64,000 bases of DNA from Glaucostegus cemiculus (taxonomy: Eukaryota), in contig CDPCPM010000291.1 of NCBI GenBank assembly GCA_976551045.1, positions 1,736,001-1,800,000 of the forward strand. Reading direction: 5' to 3'. Below are positions 27,501 to 39,900 of this stretch, one piece after another. Made by a program: the position numbers and the translations under genes. The notes beneath the pieces are model-generated. The model made no database searches, was not told where the DNA came from, and saw nothing but the letters and a program-made list of their open reading frames with translations. The number at the start of each line of letters is the position of its first letter. Within the stretch, counting starts at the first letter, position 1.

Positions 27501-28789
27501 TTTGTTGCTAGATCATTGAAACTCAATCTTTGTGAGCAGGCTGTGAAATCTGTGATGAAGAAACTGAGAGGAGCTTAACAATTTTCCCGTACAATTCCCA
27601 TCTTTGGAATATTGTAACTGTATTGCAATTATTCTGATCTAACCTGCGCTGCTCTCAGTTTTCCACTCAGTAAACCCACAATAAGAACAGCCTTTCCAAG
27701 GTAATTGTGTTGCATCTGAACTCTTAGACCAGCAGCTATACTGGGCCAAGTCAAGCTGAATTCAGTCTGACGCCAGACCTGCTGCCTACAGCCCCACCTG
27801 CTTCCACTTAGCTGGGCTGGATGCAGAGGAATTAATTCTCCACCTCTGCTGCATGGCATACCAGGACCTTGGTGGAACCTGAGCTGGCGTGCTGCCGAGG
27901 TCTGGTTCCCCAGAGCACCCTGACAGACTCTGAAGTGGGCAAGGCTGAAGGTAGGGCTTTGCCTTAATCTCCCTTTCATTCAAATGTCAGGCCTTTAACA
28001 GGTCCAAACAACTTAGGCAATTTTAACCGCCCTTTCATCCTGTTTCTGCAGGTACACGTGGTTCAACAGCCTCAGTGGTATCTACGGAGAGAATCAATAA
28101 CGCACAACCTATAGGGTGGCTGCTCAATTGCCTGTGTAATAACTGGAATGAAAACGGTACAGCCGCTTCATGCCAACACTTCACCAGTCAGAGAGTTGAA
28201 ATGCTACCCTTGACATTAACTATGTAAAATGGATAATCTCTGATGGATCATGCATTGTTTATGATTCAATGCACAGAGGAACAAAACAATTTTGTTCGTC
28301 TACTGTAAGAACCATTATGCAATGAATAGCTGTAGAAGTAGTTAATTTAATTAAGCGGCTTCTGTGCACCAAGCCTCATATCTTCCTCATTACATTCAGA
28401 GTGTTAAGTCCCCAGTGCCACAGCAGGAAGAACTCATGACAGAGGTTTTTAATTAGTGAATTATTTGCAATGTGAATGCCTTTTTATTAAATGTTCATTC
28501 CAATGTTCTACATGAAACTGCTTGGCACCCAGTTTGCATATATTTTTAATTTCTTCATTTCATTTAACTATTAAGACTCTGATATTGTAAATATTAGCTT
28601 GTACCATATTCTTCTCAACTTCCAATTATGAACTGGCTTTTCTATGTGCCAATATGTTTGCATTCATATTACATGACTCAATATATTATAGGATTGCTTT
28701 CACAAATTTCAAATTACAACAGAGATTATGACTGAATACACTCGAAGAAACTGTGCAATGTGTGACTATCATATTAAGAAGCAGTAGTC

Positions 28790-29218
28790 GACTACCTCTA
28801 GGCCAACATCCTCAGCGTTGAGACCCTAGTTATTCTCAGCTACTTTGGGCAGGTAATGTCATTTGCATCCCAACACCAGATTGTTGTGATAAGAAATTAC
28901 CAGGTGGGCAGAGAAGAAGATTCTAGATGTGTTCAAAGCTTTCTTGAAGAAGTGCAATGTCCCCAGCGATTCCTGGGAAACTCTGGCCCACTGAGAAGTA
29001 TGAAGGACCTTGAGGCCATGCATCAGGAGCACACCAGGGTCTTGCATAAACAGGAGGAGGAGTAGGTCACCTCAAAAATTGCTAACCTCTTCAGGCACCT
29101 CCTGCCCCATCTGTGGAAAAGTCTGCAGTTGCCAGATTGGTCTCACCAGCTACCTCAGAACCCATAAAACCGGCATGAAAGCAAGTCATCCTTGATCCCA
29201 AGAGACTGTGTAAGAAGA
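28790..29218 (+). mobile_element. RTE-clade LINE 3' fragment
   Basis: C-terminal zinc-finger-like CPICGKVCSCQIGLTSYLRTH (ORF 29010..29195), a WAGNV motif, and a short aag-rich tail. Confidence 0.75.
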
Positions 29219-29599
29219 GTTGAAAATGTCATTGAGTGCGACTTAACCCTCCATGATTTACCACGTACCAAGGTAATGGACATCACTACCTAGAGTTGTC
29301 TATCTAGAGTTCCTCACATGCCTTTCCACTAAAGTTTATAGACCTTCCATTTGATGAGTACAATGCAAAGCTTGATCTCAAATCATGCACACAGTAGTGT
29401 AAAAGTAATTTGTTACATTTACCAGAAATGACATCTGTTTTAATCAGCACAAATTATTAAAATCAGAACAGAGAAAAAGCTATTACAGATATGATTTGAT
29501 TTTTAACCTTCCACTTACAAACAAAAACTATAAATAAAGTTGATTATTTTATAAAAGGTTATAATAATTTCAGCACATTCCTGAATTGTTTTTCTCTCT

Positions 29600-31265
29600 C
29601 TGCCTTGTAATCGCTTCCCATGACAGAACTCAGAAGAGAGAGAGTCAGTTTCAGGCAGCTGGTGTCAGGCATGGCAACAAAGTGTCCTGCCTGGTGTAGC
29701 CCAGTGTGGGGGAGGTCGACTTGGGTGAGGACATTAGTGTTGGTTCACTTGGCCTTCCAGTGAATTTGGTGGAGTTTTCAGAGGTAGAATTGGTGATATT
29801 TTTCCAGCATCTTGAGGTGCCTGCTTGAAGTAATCCAAGGTTATATAGGAGGCAGGAATCATTTCTGTCTGATAAACCATTTGTTCTGTCCCAAATCTGA
29901 TATCCTGATCTACCAGTACCCTTTTCCTCAATCGAACAAAGGCTACGCGAGCACAGAAGGCAAATTTCATCCTTAATATCCATTGTTGCTAAAATATGGG
30001 AAGTGGTCAATGTTTTCAATGGTCTTGCCATGAACCTTTATGATCAGAGATCTGTGTCGTGTGGTGGGAATAGGTTGGGAGAAGACATATGTCTTGCTGA
30101 TTTTGAAAGTACAGCCCATCCTCTCAAATGCTTCAGTCAATAACAGCCTCTGAGTGAGTGCAACTACAAGTGTTGTCTGCACACTGCAGCTTGACTACTG
30201 AGGTCTGGGTGACCTTGGCGCTGGAGTGTAGTAAACTGAACAAGGTCCCATTGGTTCCAAAGATTAGTTCCATTCCCACAGGAGGCTTATTGGAGGGGAG
30301 GTGCAACATTGCAGAGGGAAAGATTGAGAAAAGTGTTGGGGCAATGACGCAGTTCTTGTTTGACACTGGGAATAATTCTGTTGTAGATTCATTGGTTAAA
30401 GTCACAACTTTAATGCCACAGTGGAGCAAACACAAGGTGGAGATGAATTTCTGTGGGTAGCTGAATTAGGGAGGGTGATCCATAGTGCCTCCTGATCGAT
30501 GGCATCCGAGGCATTGGGGAGGTTATAAAAAGCCATGTACAGTGGCTCGTGCTGCTCCCTGCATGTTACTTGGCGAAGATCATATTCACCGTGCCTCTGG
30601 ATATTTGGAATCCACACTTGTGACATGGAAGCAGCTCTCCAGCCACTGGGTGCAGGCCATTGAGGAGGACCCCAGTAAATACTTTCCTGATGTTGAAGAG
30701 CAGGGAGACCAGTCTGTTATTACCACAGCCTGGCCTGCCTCGTTTCTTGAAGATGGTCATGATTACAGCATCTGAGGTGCCCTGGTTAAGGCTCCTCTTC
30801 CCAGATGTGGAAAGAGATTTTGGATTTGTGACCAAAGTTCTTCACTCTGGATTTTAGCAGAGGTGAAAATAGGAGCTGACGCCTTGTTATTATCGAGTTG
30901 GGATGTGGTCTTATTGACTTCTTGTTGGTCAGCTGTGGCAGTAAGGCTGGCGCAAGTTGGTTGCTGTGGGATGAAGTCCAGGGTCCTGGACAGAGTCACA
31001 GTTCAGGAGGTTTTCAAAGTGTTCCTTCCAGGCTCTCTGTCCCTGACACATTTACCCCTGTTTTTGGCTCCGAAGATTGAGATATTGGATGTTTGGAACA
31101 TAGATGGCTTTTACAGCACAAGAACATGCACACCCTGGCTATCAATGAGGTACTGAGCCTCCCGTGCTCAGTCACCCCACCATCGGTGTTTTTTAACCCA
31201 CAGGATTTCTGCTGGAGCCCTGCATCAGGTGCCTGTAGAGCTTCTACTCCAGGAATACTTTATGT
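29600..31265 (-). mobile_element. RTE-clade (BovB-like) LINE, degraded RT
   Basis: CGNNRLVSLL, CGF..RGTVNMIF, CREQHEPLYMAFY.L, CVIAPTLFSIF, LQCADN and KISKT motifs in the fragmented ORFs 29651-30999. Confidence 0.88.
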
Positions 31266-31799
31266 TTGGGATTAGTTAGTTTCTCTATCTCTTTATCATT
31301 CTTATCATGATCAATACCAAACTGTTTAATGTCTGCCTGATTCTTAATTCTAGTAAGTAATTTGTCCTTTTTGAAAAGGCCTGGCTATCATCTATCACAG
31401 GACTTCAGACTTTCCTATCTGTGCTCAGTGAGAGATTTATAATCCAATACAGACTGCAATATCATGCATCTACTCAATTTAAGTGCACTATATTTGGAAG
31501 TAATTTTTTCTAAGTTTCTCATTGGAAAATTAAATTCATAAAAAAATGCAAATGCAAACCACTCCTTGTGATATCCCAGATAATGTAAAGTTGATCAGTT
31601 TCTCTTCATGTTTTCTGTCTTCTCCTGAAGATAACAGTTCACCTTGGCTATATCTGCTTTGGGTCTTGAGTACCTGGTTCAAGTATGTTCAGGCATCAAA
31701 TGTTGAGTAGCTATTTAATTGCTTCAAGCACTGCAGCTCAGAACCATTCTCCCCTCTCCTGATATCCCCCCCACTAACACCTACAATAGATTCTTCATT

Positions 31800-31965
31800 C
31801 CAAGCTCTTTTATGGGAAGAGATTACTTGGCAGGACATAAAGGATGTGAGGGTATGCTCAAAGCTTCCTTGAAAATACCGCAGCATCCCCACTGACTGTT
31901 GGGAATCTCTGGCCCTTGGCTGCTTACACTAGAGGAGCATTCAGGTTAGTATGGGAAGCATACAA
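31800..31965 (+). mobile_element. RTE LINE 3' fragment
   Basis: ctcaaagcttccttgaaaa...catccccactgactgttgggaatctctggcc is homologous to 28930-28990. Confidence 0.6.
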
Positions 31966-32399
31966 GGCCTCTGTTCTTTCCTGATGTATATGCATGGCAA
32001 AAGTGCATCACCTCATAAATTTAACCCAGAGCAGAGTGATTTTTCAGAAATTTCTTCATGTCATAGTAGCCATTATTTCTTGGTTGGATTTTGCTCTCAT
32101 TATGACTATTTTTTCTAGCATAGAACTTCTACAAACGACAAGCACAGTTGTGCAACATGCAAAATTCCTCCCCAGGGAGATTTTCAGCATCACTGATCTG
32201 AAACATGTCTCAATTACTGACAAAACAATTACCTTTTACTATTCCCATTTCCTCTGAAACTGTGGCAACACTCAAACTGCACTGTTTGTCCTCACTGGGA
32301 CCTCTGGTTTCCTACATCATGAGCAACCTCATAACTGTGCCTTGGTCACTTTGCCTGCCAGGATCATACTCACTCTCAGTTTTATAACTTTAGGATCAA

Positions 32400-33500
32400 T
32401 CTGGCCATGACAAGGTGCCTTGTGGTAGGCTGCTCCAGAAGATTAAGTCACATGGGATACAAGGCAAGTTGTTAAACTGAATGCACAATTGGCTTGGTCA
32501 TAGAAGACAGAGGGTAATGGTCGAGTTGGAATGTTCCAGTGAGGTTGTATAAGTCATTGGTGAGACTGAATTGAGTATTGTGTGCAGTTCTGGTCACCGA
32601 ACTACAGGAAGGATGTCAGTAAGATTGAAAGAGTGCAGAGGAGATTTACTAGAATGTTGCCGGGTCTTCAGGAGTTGACTTACAGGGAAAGATTGAGCAG
32701 GTTAGGACTTTATTCCTTGGAGTGGAGAAGAATGAGGGGAGATATGATAGAGGTTTACAAAATGGTGAGGGGCATAGACAGAGTTAATACAAGTAGGCTC
32801 TTTCCACCTAGATTAGGAGAGATAAGTACGAGAGGACACAGCTTTAGGTTGAAAGGGGAAAGGTTTAGGGGGAACATTAGGAGGAACTTCTTCACTCAAA
32901 GAGTGGTGGGAGTGTGGAACGGACTACCATCTGATGTAGTAAATGTGGGCTCACTCTTTTAAGAGTAAATTGGATAGATACATGGATGAAAGAGGTCTGG
33001 AGTGGTATGGGCTGGGTGCAGGTAAATGGGACTAGCAGAATAATGCTTCAGCACAGACTAGAAGGGCCAAATGGCCTGTTTTCTGTGCTGTAGTTTTCTA
33101 TGGTTTCTCTGACTGGAGGTCCATCACCAGTGGGGTTCCACAAGGATCAGTGCTGGGACATGTTGTTTGTAACAGATATTAATGATTTGGCTGAAAATGT
33201 AGGTGTCCGATTAGCAAGTCTGGAGAGGACGAGAAAATTGATGGAAATGTGAACATTGAGGAAAGTTGTCAAAGGATTCAGTAGGATATAAATCAGTTGG
33301 AAATATCAACAGAGAAATGGCAGATGGAGCTTAATCCGGACAAGTGTGAGGTGTTGCATTGTGGAGGTCAAATGCAAGAGGAAAGTCTACAGTAAATGGC
33401 AGGACCCTTAGGAGCACTGATGTACAGAGGGATTTGGGGCTTAAAGTCCATAGCTCCCTGATAATGGAAACACGTGAATAGAGGGGTAAAGAGCATACAT
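32400..33500 (+). mobile_element. CR1 RT fragment (outer element) interrupted by a younger CR1
   Basis: DKVP.GRLLQKIKSHG...RQRVMVE stops at ~32526 and resumes at ~33104 with SDWRSITSGVPQGSVLG. Confidence 0.85.
32527..33103 (+). mobile_element. Young CR1 3' fragment nested in CR1
   Basis: Intact ORF 32582..32962 QFWSPNYRKDV..IERVQRRFTRMLPG...; complete tail ending gttttctatgg. Confidence 0.92.
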
Positions 33501-33504
33501 TCAA

Positions 33505-33895
33505 GGAATGTGGGCTTCACAGGCTGAGCCAACATTTCATTGCCCATCCCTAACTAGCCTTGAGAGGGTGGTGATGAGATGCCTTCTTGAATCACTGCAG
33601 TCCGAGGTGTGGGTATTCCCACAGTGCTGTAAAGGAGCATTTTCCAGGATCTTGACCCAGTGCTAGTGAAAGAATGCAATATATTTCCAAGTCAGGAAGG
33701 TGCACGCTGACTTGGAAATGCTTTACCATGCTTTAGAGACTGCTGTTGTTCTAGCTGGTAGAAGTCATGGGTTTGAAAGGTGCTTTCTATGGATTCTTGG
33801 TGAGTTGCTGCATTACATCCTGTAGATGATACAAAATGCTGTTACAGTGCCTCCCAAGTGAGCTGCTATATTCTGTATGGTGTTGAGCTTGTCTG
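33505..33895 (-). mobile_element. LINE 3' fragment (CR1/L2 superclade, separate family)
   Basis: ttgcccatccctaactagccttgagagggtggtgatgagatgccttcttgaa resembles a LINE 3' end common in cartilaginous fish (from recall). Confidence 0.55.
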
Positions 33896-34570
33896 GATTG
33901 GAGTATATGACCTGTAAAGAGGATGAACAAACTTCAATTCTTTTTAATGCAGCATCAGGGACTAAGGGGTGAACTGATGAAAATATGTAGAATTATTATA
34001 GGCACAAATGGGGTAGATAGACTCCCCCCCCCCCCATGGTAGAAATGCCAAACACTAGAGGCCATAGCTTTGAAAGAGCTTAGGGGAAGGTTTGAAAGAG
34101 ATTCGTGAGACTATTTATTGTCTTATAAACACAGATAGTAGGTGCCTGGAATGGAATCTAGCATAAACCCATATATTGCCCATATTTTAGATTTCATCCT
34201 AGCCCATATATTGTGTCTTAGCTGGTAAAAATGCATACAAAATGCCTTCTTTAACCATCTTTACTATCTGTCCTATCAAACATGACATGGCTCATCCAGA
34301 CTCCTGAATATCCTCTCATTTATTGCATATTCCTTTACCTTATTGCACATCCCCAGATGCACCTTAAACTTGCATTTAATCCTAGATTAAAATTTTATTT
34401 GCTCCCTTTCTGGCCAATTGAGTAAAACAAATAATATCCTTAAGTCTAACACTTTCCTCCTTCCTGTGAACAAAATTGGAGCCAATTTTGTATTATCTGC
34501 AATCTTCATTGGCATGCCCCCTACATTTAATCTGAATTATTAATGGCACATACAACAAAAAGCAAAGGAC
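33895..34570. mobile_element. Two old CR1 fragments (plus strand ~33895-34155; minus strand ~34200-34570)
   Basis: Plus: LRGELMK...TRGHSF. Minus: IADNTKL and DLGLNASLR-like remnants. Confidence 0.6.
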
Positions 34571-37500
34571 TTCTAAAAGGCTCGTGCACAAGAGCTCATA
34601 GTATAGGGATGGGGGATGTATTAATATGAATTGAAGGTTGGTTATCACATAGAAGACTGAGAATTAGAGTAAATAGCTCTTTTTCACAATAGTGCCTGAA
34701 GGTTCATGGCCCTCAATTATTTACTATTTGCATGAATGACTTGAAGAGACCAGAGTTTCGGGTGTCCATGCTCACAGATAACTCAACAGTAGGTGGGAAG
34801 GCATGCTTCGATAAGAATGTTTGCATCCTGCCACAAGATATAGGGAGGTTTAGTGAGTGGGGGAAAACATGAGATTAATGTGTGAAAGTGTGACATCATG
34901 TACTTTAGTCAGAGGAATCAGAAGGCTAAATGGAGAGAGACTGCAAGTATGAAGCACAGAGGTATCTAGGTGTTCTTGTACATCAGACATAAGAGCAGAA
35001 TTAGGCCATTGGGCCCATTGAGTCTGCCCTGCCATTCAATCATGGCTGATTTAATTAACCCTCTCAACCCCATTCTCTTGCCTTCTCCCCATAAATTCTT
35101 GATTAGCAAGGATATCAGATGTTATCAACCTCTGCTTTAAATACACCCTATCACTTGGTCTCCACAGCTGTCTGTGAAAATTATTTCCACAGATTCACAA
35201 CTCTCTGGCTACAGAAATTCCTCCTCATTTCTGTTCTAAAGGGATGTCCTTTAGAGGCTGTGCCCTCTGGTCTTGGACTTTCCCACTACTGGAAACGTTC
35301 TCTCCACGTCCACTCTATCCAGACCTTTCGATATTTGGTAGGTTTCAATGAGCTCCCCCCTCATCCTTCTAAACTCCAGCGAGTACAGGCCCAGGGCCAT
35401 CAAATGCTCTTCATGTGTTAACCCTTCAATTCCCAGGATCATTATTGTAGAGCTCTTCTAGACTTTCTCCAATGCCAGCACAGCCTCCATGAGATATGAG
35501 GCCCAAAACTGCTCACAATACTTCAAATGCAGTCTGACCAATGCCTTATAAAGCCTCAGCATTACATTTGTGTTTTTTATATTCTATTCCCCTTGAAATG
35601 AATGTTAACATTGCATTTGCCTTCCCTACTACCATCTCAACCTGCAAGTTAACCTTTAGGGAATCCTGCACTAGGTCTCCCAAGTCCCTTTGCACCTCTG
35701 ATTTCTGAATTCACTCCCTGTTTAGAAGATATTCTACACCTTTATTCCTCCTACCAAAGTGCACGACCGTACACTTCCCTACACTGTATTCCATCTACCA
35801 TTTCTTTGCCTATTCTCCCAACCTGTCCAGGTTCTTCTGCAGACTCCCTGCTTCCTCAACACTAACTGCCCCTCCAGCTGTCTTTGTATCATCCACAAAC
35901 TTAGCCAGAAAGCCATCAATTTTTTCATCCAGATCATTAACATATAATGTGAAAAGTAGTGGATCCGACACCAACCCCTGCAGAACACCACTAGTCACTG
36001 GCAGCCAACCAGAAAAGGCTCCCTTTATTCCCACTCTTTGCCTTCTGCCAGTCAGCCAATCTTCTATCCATGCTGGTACCTCTCCTGTAATACCTTGGGC
36101 TCCTATCTTGCTTAGCAGCATAGTGTGTGGCACCTTGTCAAAGGTCTTCTGAAAATCCAAGTGAACAACATCCACTGACTCTCTTTTGTGTGTCCTGCTT
36201 GTTACTTTCTCAAAGAATTCCAGCAGACTTGTCAGGTGAGATCTCCCCCGAAGGAAACAATGCTGACTTTGGCCTATCTTATCATGAGCTTCCAAGTACC
36301 TCAAACTCATCCTTCATAATGGACTCTTAAAAATCATACCAACCACTAAAATCGGGCTTATTGGCCTCCAATTTCCTGTATTTTGCTTCCCTCCCTTCTT
36401 GAAGAGTGGCGTGACATTTGTGATTTTCCAGTCCTCCAGAACCATTCCTGACTCTGATGATTCACTACTAATACCTCCACAATCTCTTCAGCTACCTCTT
36501 TCAGACCCCGGGGGGGTGGGGGGGGGTAGTCTCCATCTGGTCCAGGTGACTTATCTGCCTTCAGGCCTTTCAGTTTCCCAAGCACCTTCTTCTTAGTAAT
36601 AGTGACATAACTCACTTCTGCCCTCTGGCTCTCTTGAATTTCCGGCATGTTGATGGTGTCTTCCACAGTGAAGAATGGCGCAAAATACTTATTCAGTTCA
36701 TCCACATTTCTTTGTTCCCCATTACTACCTCTCCAGCATCATTTTCCAATGGTCTGAAATCCTCTTTTGCCTCTCTTTTGCCCTTTATATTATCTGAAAA
36801 AACATTTGTTTTTCTCTTTTATATCATTGGCTAGCTTACCTTCATATTTCAACTTTTCTTCCCTCATTGATTTTTTAATTGCCTTCTGTTGGTTTTTAAA
36901 AGCTTCCCAATCCTCTAGCTTCCCACTAATTTTTGCAATATTGTATGCCCACTCTTGCTTTTCTGCTGCCTTTAACTTTACTTGTCAGCCACGGTTGCCT
37001 CATCCTCCCTTTAGAATGCTGCTGCTTCTTAGAGATGAACTGATCCTGCATCTTCCAAATTACTCCCAGAAACTCCTGCCATTGCTGCTCCGTCATCCCT
37101 GCTGGGGTCCCCATCCAATCAACTTAGGCCAGCTCACCTCCATGCCTCTGTAGTTACCTTTACTTGTAATACTGATGCATCTGATTTTAGCTTCTCCCTC
37201 TCAAACTGCAGATCACTACCTCTGAAGGGTTCCTTTACCTTAAGCTCCCTAATCAAATTTGGTTGATTGCACAACACCAAATCCAGCATTGCTTTTTCCC
37301 TAGTGGGCTCAACCACAGGCTGCTCTAAAAAGCCATCTCATAGGTATTATACAGATTCCTTCTCTTGGGATCCAGTACCAACCTAATTTTCCCAATCTAC
37401 CTGCATATTGAAGTCCCCCATGACCACTGTAACATTGTGATATTTTTTTCCCCATGCCTTTCCTATCTCCAGTTGTAATTTGTACCCCACATCCTGGCTA

Positions 37501-38925
37501 CTATTTGGAGGCCTGTATATAACTCCCATCAGGGTCTCTTACCCTTGCTGTTTCTTAACTGTACCCACTAGAATTCTACATCTGATCCTATATCACTTCT
37601 TGCTAAGGATGTGATTTCATTTTTTTTTTTACCAACAGAGCCACCCCACCCCCTCTGCCCACCTGCCTATCTTTTCAATAGGATGTGTATCCTTGGATGG
37701 TCAGCTCTCAGCTGTAATCTTCTTTAGTGATGCCCGCAACATCATACCTGCCAATTTATAATTGCACTATAAGCTCACCAAACTTATTTCATATACTGTG
37801 TGCATTCAAATATTATATCTTCAGACCATATTCATCATCCTTCTTAAATTTGTCTCCATGTGGCTTGACGTTAAATTCTTATCTCTTTCTAAGCTTTCTG
37901 TCTTTTTTATTCTGGAGGTTTCAGTCACCTCTCCTGCACTCTCCTTCCCTTTCACTTTATCCATACTTCTCCAATCTGCTGAACCCAACCCCCTACTATT
38001 TAGTTTAAAGCCCTACCCACAGCCCTAGTTATGTGATTTGCCAGGAGCCTGGTCCCAGCATGGTTCAAGTGGAGCCTGTCCCATCAGAACAGCTCCCTCC
38101 CTCCCAATACCGGTGCCAATGTTCCATGAATTCAAACCCACTTCTCCCACACCAATCTTTAAGCCACACATTTGATCTTATTGACCCCGTGCCAATTTAC
38201 ACATGGCTCAGGTAGCAATTCAAAGATTATTATCTTTTTGGTTCTGCTTTTTATTTTGGCCCCTAGCTGCTCAAATTGGCATGTTGGCTATTATTGCAGA
38301 TAGTTGGTGTTTAAAAATAAAGAATTGTGACAATTGCACATCTCATTGGTGAGGTCACATCATTCTCTACCGTTTTGGTATACCTGTTCAAAAAAAAGAA
38401 TGTATTAGCCTAGGAGGGAGTCCAGAAGAAACTCATTGGGCTAATTCCTGGCATGCGAAGGTTTTCTCACTACAAACAGCTTTAAAGAAAAATCAATGTT
38501 CTTTGGAATTCGGAAGAATGCAAAGTGATCTTATTGAAACATATAAGATCATAAGGAACATGCTCATGTAGATGTTAAGATGTTTACACTAATGGGAATA
38601 CCCCAAATGAGGGGATATAGCTATATAACATGGGGTGGGGGGGGGGAAAGGAATCTACACTGCAGTGTATAGGAACTCATTCTAGTAGACAGCAATGAAC
38701 CTTCTGGAATTCTCTGCCCCAGACAGTTGTTGAGACTTTGATCATTGGGGGCATTTAAAGAGGAAATAGATAATATGTTTGAAAGATCAGGGAATTGAGA
38801 GCCATGTGAACCTAGCACAGGAGGAGGAATGAGACCTGGGGTAGAGCAACAGTTATCATGTTGAATGATAGAGCAGGCGGGAGGAGCAGAGTGGCCCTCC
38901 TGCTTCTATGTTCTTATGTTCAGTC
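34570..38925 (+). mobile_element. Old CR1 (outer element) split by a 3.3-kb CR1 insertion
   Basis: YLGVLVH at ~34962-34983 continues as GMLAII at ~38278. CR1 tail at ~38870-38920. Confidence 0.75.
34986..38276 (-). mobile_element. CR1 LINE with nearly complete, decayed ORF2 (endonuclease + RT) and the end of ORF1
   Basis: ORFs 37134..37316 (EPTREKAMLDLVLCN), 36358..36705 (KSPGPDG), 35810..36310 (DFQKTFDKVPH, KFVDDTK) and 35251..35442. ORF1-like FEQLGAKIKSRTKK at ~38230-38275. Confidence 0.95.
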
Positions 38926-39519
38926 TCCAGCTTTGCCTTCCTATAAATATCTTGGTTTAATTTCTTTGTAAAGTTGTGTAGTATGAGAGCACATTAATCT
39001 TGCTGGGTATTAGTTTGCCCTATGGCAATAGTGAAGCAATATTTAAAAAGAAATTGAAACAACCAAAGCACCTAATTAATTTATGAAATAATACTTCAGG
39101 ACTCTGTAGAGTTGAATATGATATGCAAACGAATTAACTTTCACCTTTGTTTAAAGTGCTCACATCTGTTCATTTAATAGATCACTCTATCCTAAACAAT
39201 TTGTAATTGGATTGTTCCCTTGTTAAAATCCATGGGGAAATAATTGGTTTCTTGACAGTTGTGCCCATTAAAGGGTGTACTAACAGGATTATAGTTCCAT
39301 TTAAAGTTTGTAATGAATTTATTCTGATTGCCAAAATGTTGTGACAGTTGATTGAAAGGAAATAAGGAAGCTGAAAATGAAAACAGCATATAAATATATT
39401 TAGGAGACATTTACCCAAAAGTAGATTTGTGCTGGTTAAAGCATATTAATAGCTAAAATTGCATCATTAAATCTTGGAATATGGCTATTTTGATTTAAAT
39501 ATTTGTATGAAAGCAGGCC

Positions 39520-39900
39520 ATTTCTATGTTTTTCTCCCTCTACAGATGCTGTCTGATCTGCTAGGTATTTCCAAAATTCTCTTTCGTTTCATATTTCTAG
39601 CAACTGCCCTGTTCTACACGTCCCAGTTCCAGCATGTTCTTTTGATTTTTATTCATTCATCTATTAATTAGATGGCTCTAAAATTATTGTCCCCCCACCC
39701 AATCAGACATTCCTTACACTCTTTCCTTCTCTCTTCCTCTTTGTAAATTAAAGCTCAATTGTTTTTTTTTCACTATTCCAGTTCTGATAAAAGGTCATTG
39801 ACCTGAAACTTTAACTTTATCTTTCTCTCTCTGCATTTGCTGCTAAGTATTTCCGGCACTTTGTTTATTTTAGATTTCCAACATCTGCTGCTTATGATTT
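39520..39900 (+). mobile_element. Penelope-type tandem pseudo-LTR remnant with hammerhead-like motif
   Basis: The unit (ca/tt)tgctg...gtatttcc...atttc(c/t)agca occurs twice. Motif cagttCTGATAAaaggtcattgacctGAAActttaact at 39779-39816. Confidence 0.65.
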
